Shown one piece after another: positions 63,388 through 64,000 of a stretch of 64,000 nt of DNA. The position numbers were made by a program, and so were the translations under genes. The number at the start of each line of letters is the position of its first letter. Positions within the stretch are counted from its first letter, which is position 1. The notes under the pieces are model-generated. The model saw only the letters and a program-made list of their open reading frames with translations, searched no databases and was not told the DNA's origin. Source of the stretch: an uncultured virus (IMG/VR IMGVR_UViG_3300025410_000672) (taxonomy: Duplodnaviria; Heunggongvirae; Uroviricota; Caudoviricetes); IMG/VR virus record IMGVR_UViG_3300025410_000672, positions 1-64,000 of that record. One strand, written 5' to 3'.

Positions 63388-63471
63388 AAATCTCCAGGTT
63401 GACATATCTATAATAGACTGTATAGTTATAATTGTAAGGTGAGTGAAAGACTTACTATTATGGAGATTGAG

Positions 63472-64000
63472 ATGAGCAAGTCTAAAGACATAACGAAGAC
63501 TCCGTTTGACCCTAGTGAAGGTTGGAAAAGTCGCAAAGTGCCTTTGGTTCAGGTTGCTAGAAATATTAATAAAAGATTAAAAATTAAAAAGCCAAATACT
63601 TCTTTTAATTATAAAGATGTGTTAAAATTTGATTGGGTACCTGTTAAGAAATGTATTCTTAATTATGACCGGCAGAGATATCCAGAGCCAACTCACATTG
63701 AAAAATTGTTGATTAAATGGAATATTATTTGTGCTACCCCTTTACAGGCTAGATATAGTAAAGAAGAAGATTTGTATTATATTGCAGACGGGCAACAACA
63801 CGGTATTGGTTGGGTTTTGCAATATGGTGAAGATAGTCTTGTTCCAGTTTGTTATGTTGAGAGTGAAGATGAAAATATTGAATCTATTCAACTTCTTGCT
63901 CTCAATACTGATTCTGAACCTATGGCAAAGTATTTTATCCATAAGCAGAAATGTATAATGGGAGATGCTGAGTCTATTGCTCTCGAGAATACAGTCGTTA
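63472..64000 (+). CDS. ParB-like (DGQH-type) protein, runs off the window end
   Basis: Read by eye: MSKSKD...YDRQR...YYIADGQQH...; GGAG SD. Confidence 0.55.
   Translation, partial: MSKSKDITKTPFDPSEGWKSRKVPLVQVARNINKRLKIKKPNTSFNYKDVLKFDWVPVKKCILNYDRQRYPEPTHIEKLLIKWNIICATPLQARYSKEEDLYYIADGQQHGIGWVLQYGEDSLVPVCYVESEDENIESIQLLALNTDSEPMAKYFIHKQKCIMGDAESIALENTVV

Noticed and set aside
1..64000. Stop-codon reassignment, CRISPR array or diversity-generating retroelement
   Set aside because: Conserved genes are intact in code 11 and end in TAA, TAG and TGA; no suppressor tRNA, repeat-spacer array or reverse transcriptase was seen.

Overview
AT-rich, gene-dense 64 kb segment of a large T4-like ('huge') myophage genome. 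The host is very probably an alphaproteobacterial methanotroph (Methylocystis-like). Evidence for this is a stand-alone Methylocystis-type pmoC, a permuted two-piece tmRNA with an ANDNF tag, and a tRNA-His of the G-1-less U72/A73 type. The window carries nrdAB/glutaredoxin, virion genes (PAAR, tail/baseplate hydrolases, proteins with capsid-targeting-like N-termini) and a lysis cassette. It also carries host-like translation and proteostasis genes (rpsU, infA, dnaK, hsp20, clpS, two clpP, ftsH, parvulin, rimK), heme oxygenase plus bilin reductase, kdsB/kdsC, about 19 tRNA genes and several free-standing HNH/GIY-YIG endonucleases. The most interesting structure is non-coding: (1) a leader-peptide attenuator upstream of the main tRNA array, whose codons match the downstream tRNAs (candidate tRNA-depletion sensor); (2) a tRNA-Gly with a 24-nt anticodon-loop insert; (3) HNH genes inserted into or overlapping tRNA genes; (4) a tRNA-Thr(AGU); (5) a CCA-ending pseudoknot-like RNA inside the tRNA array; (6) ROSE-like thermometers on dnaK and hsp20; (7) apparently leaderless late mRNAs. 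All calls come from reading the sequence and recalled family motifs; no database search or folding program was run.
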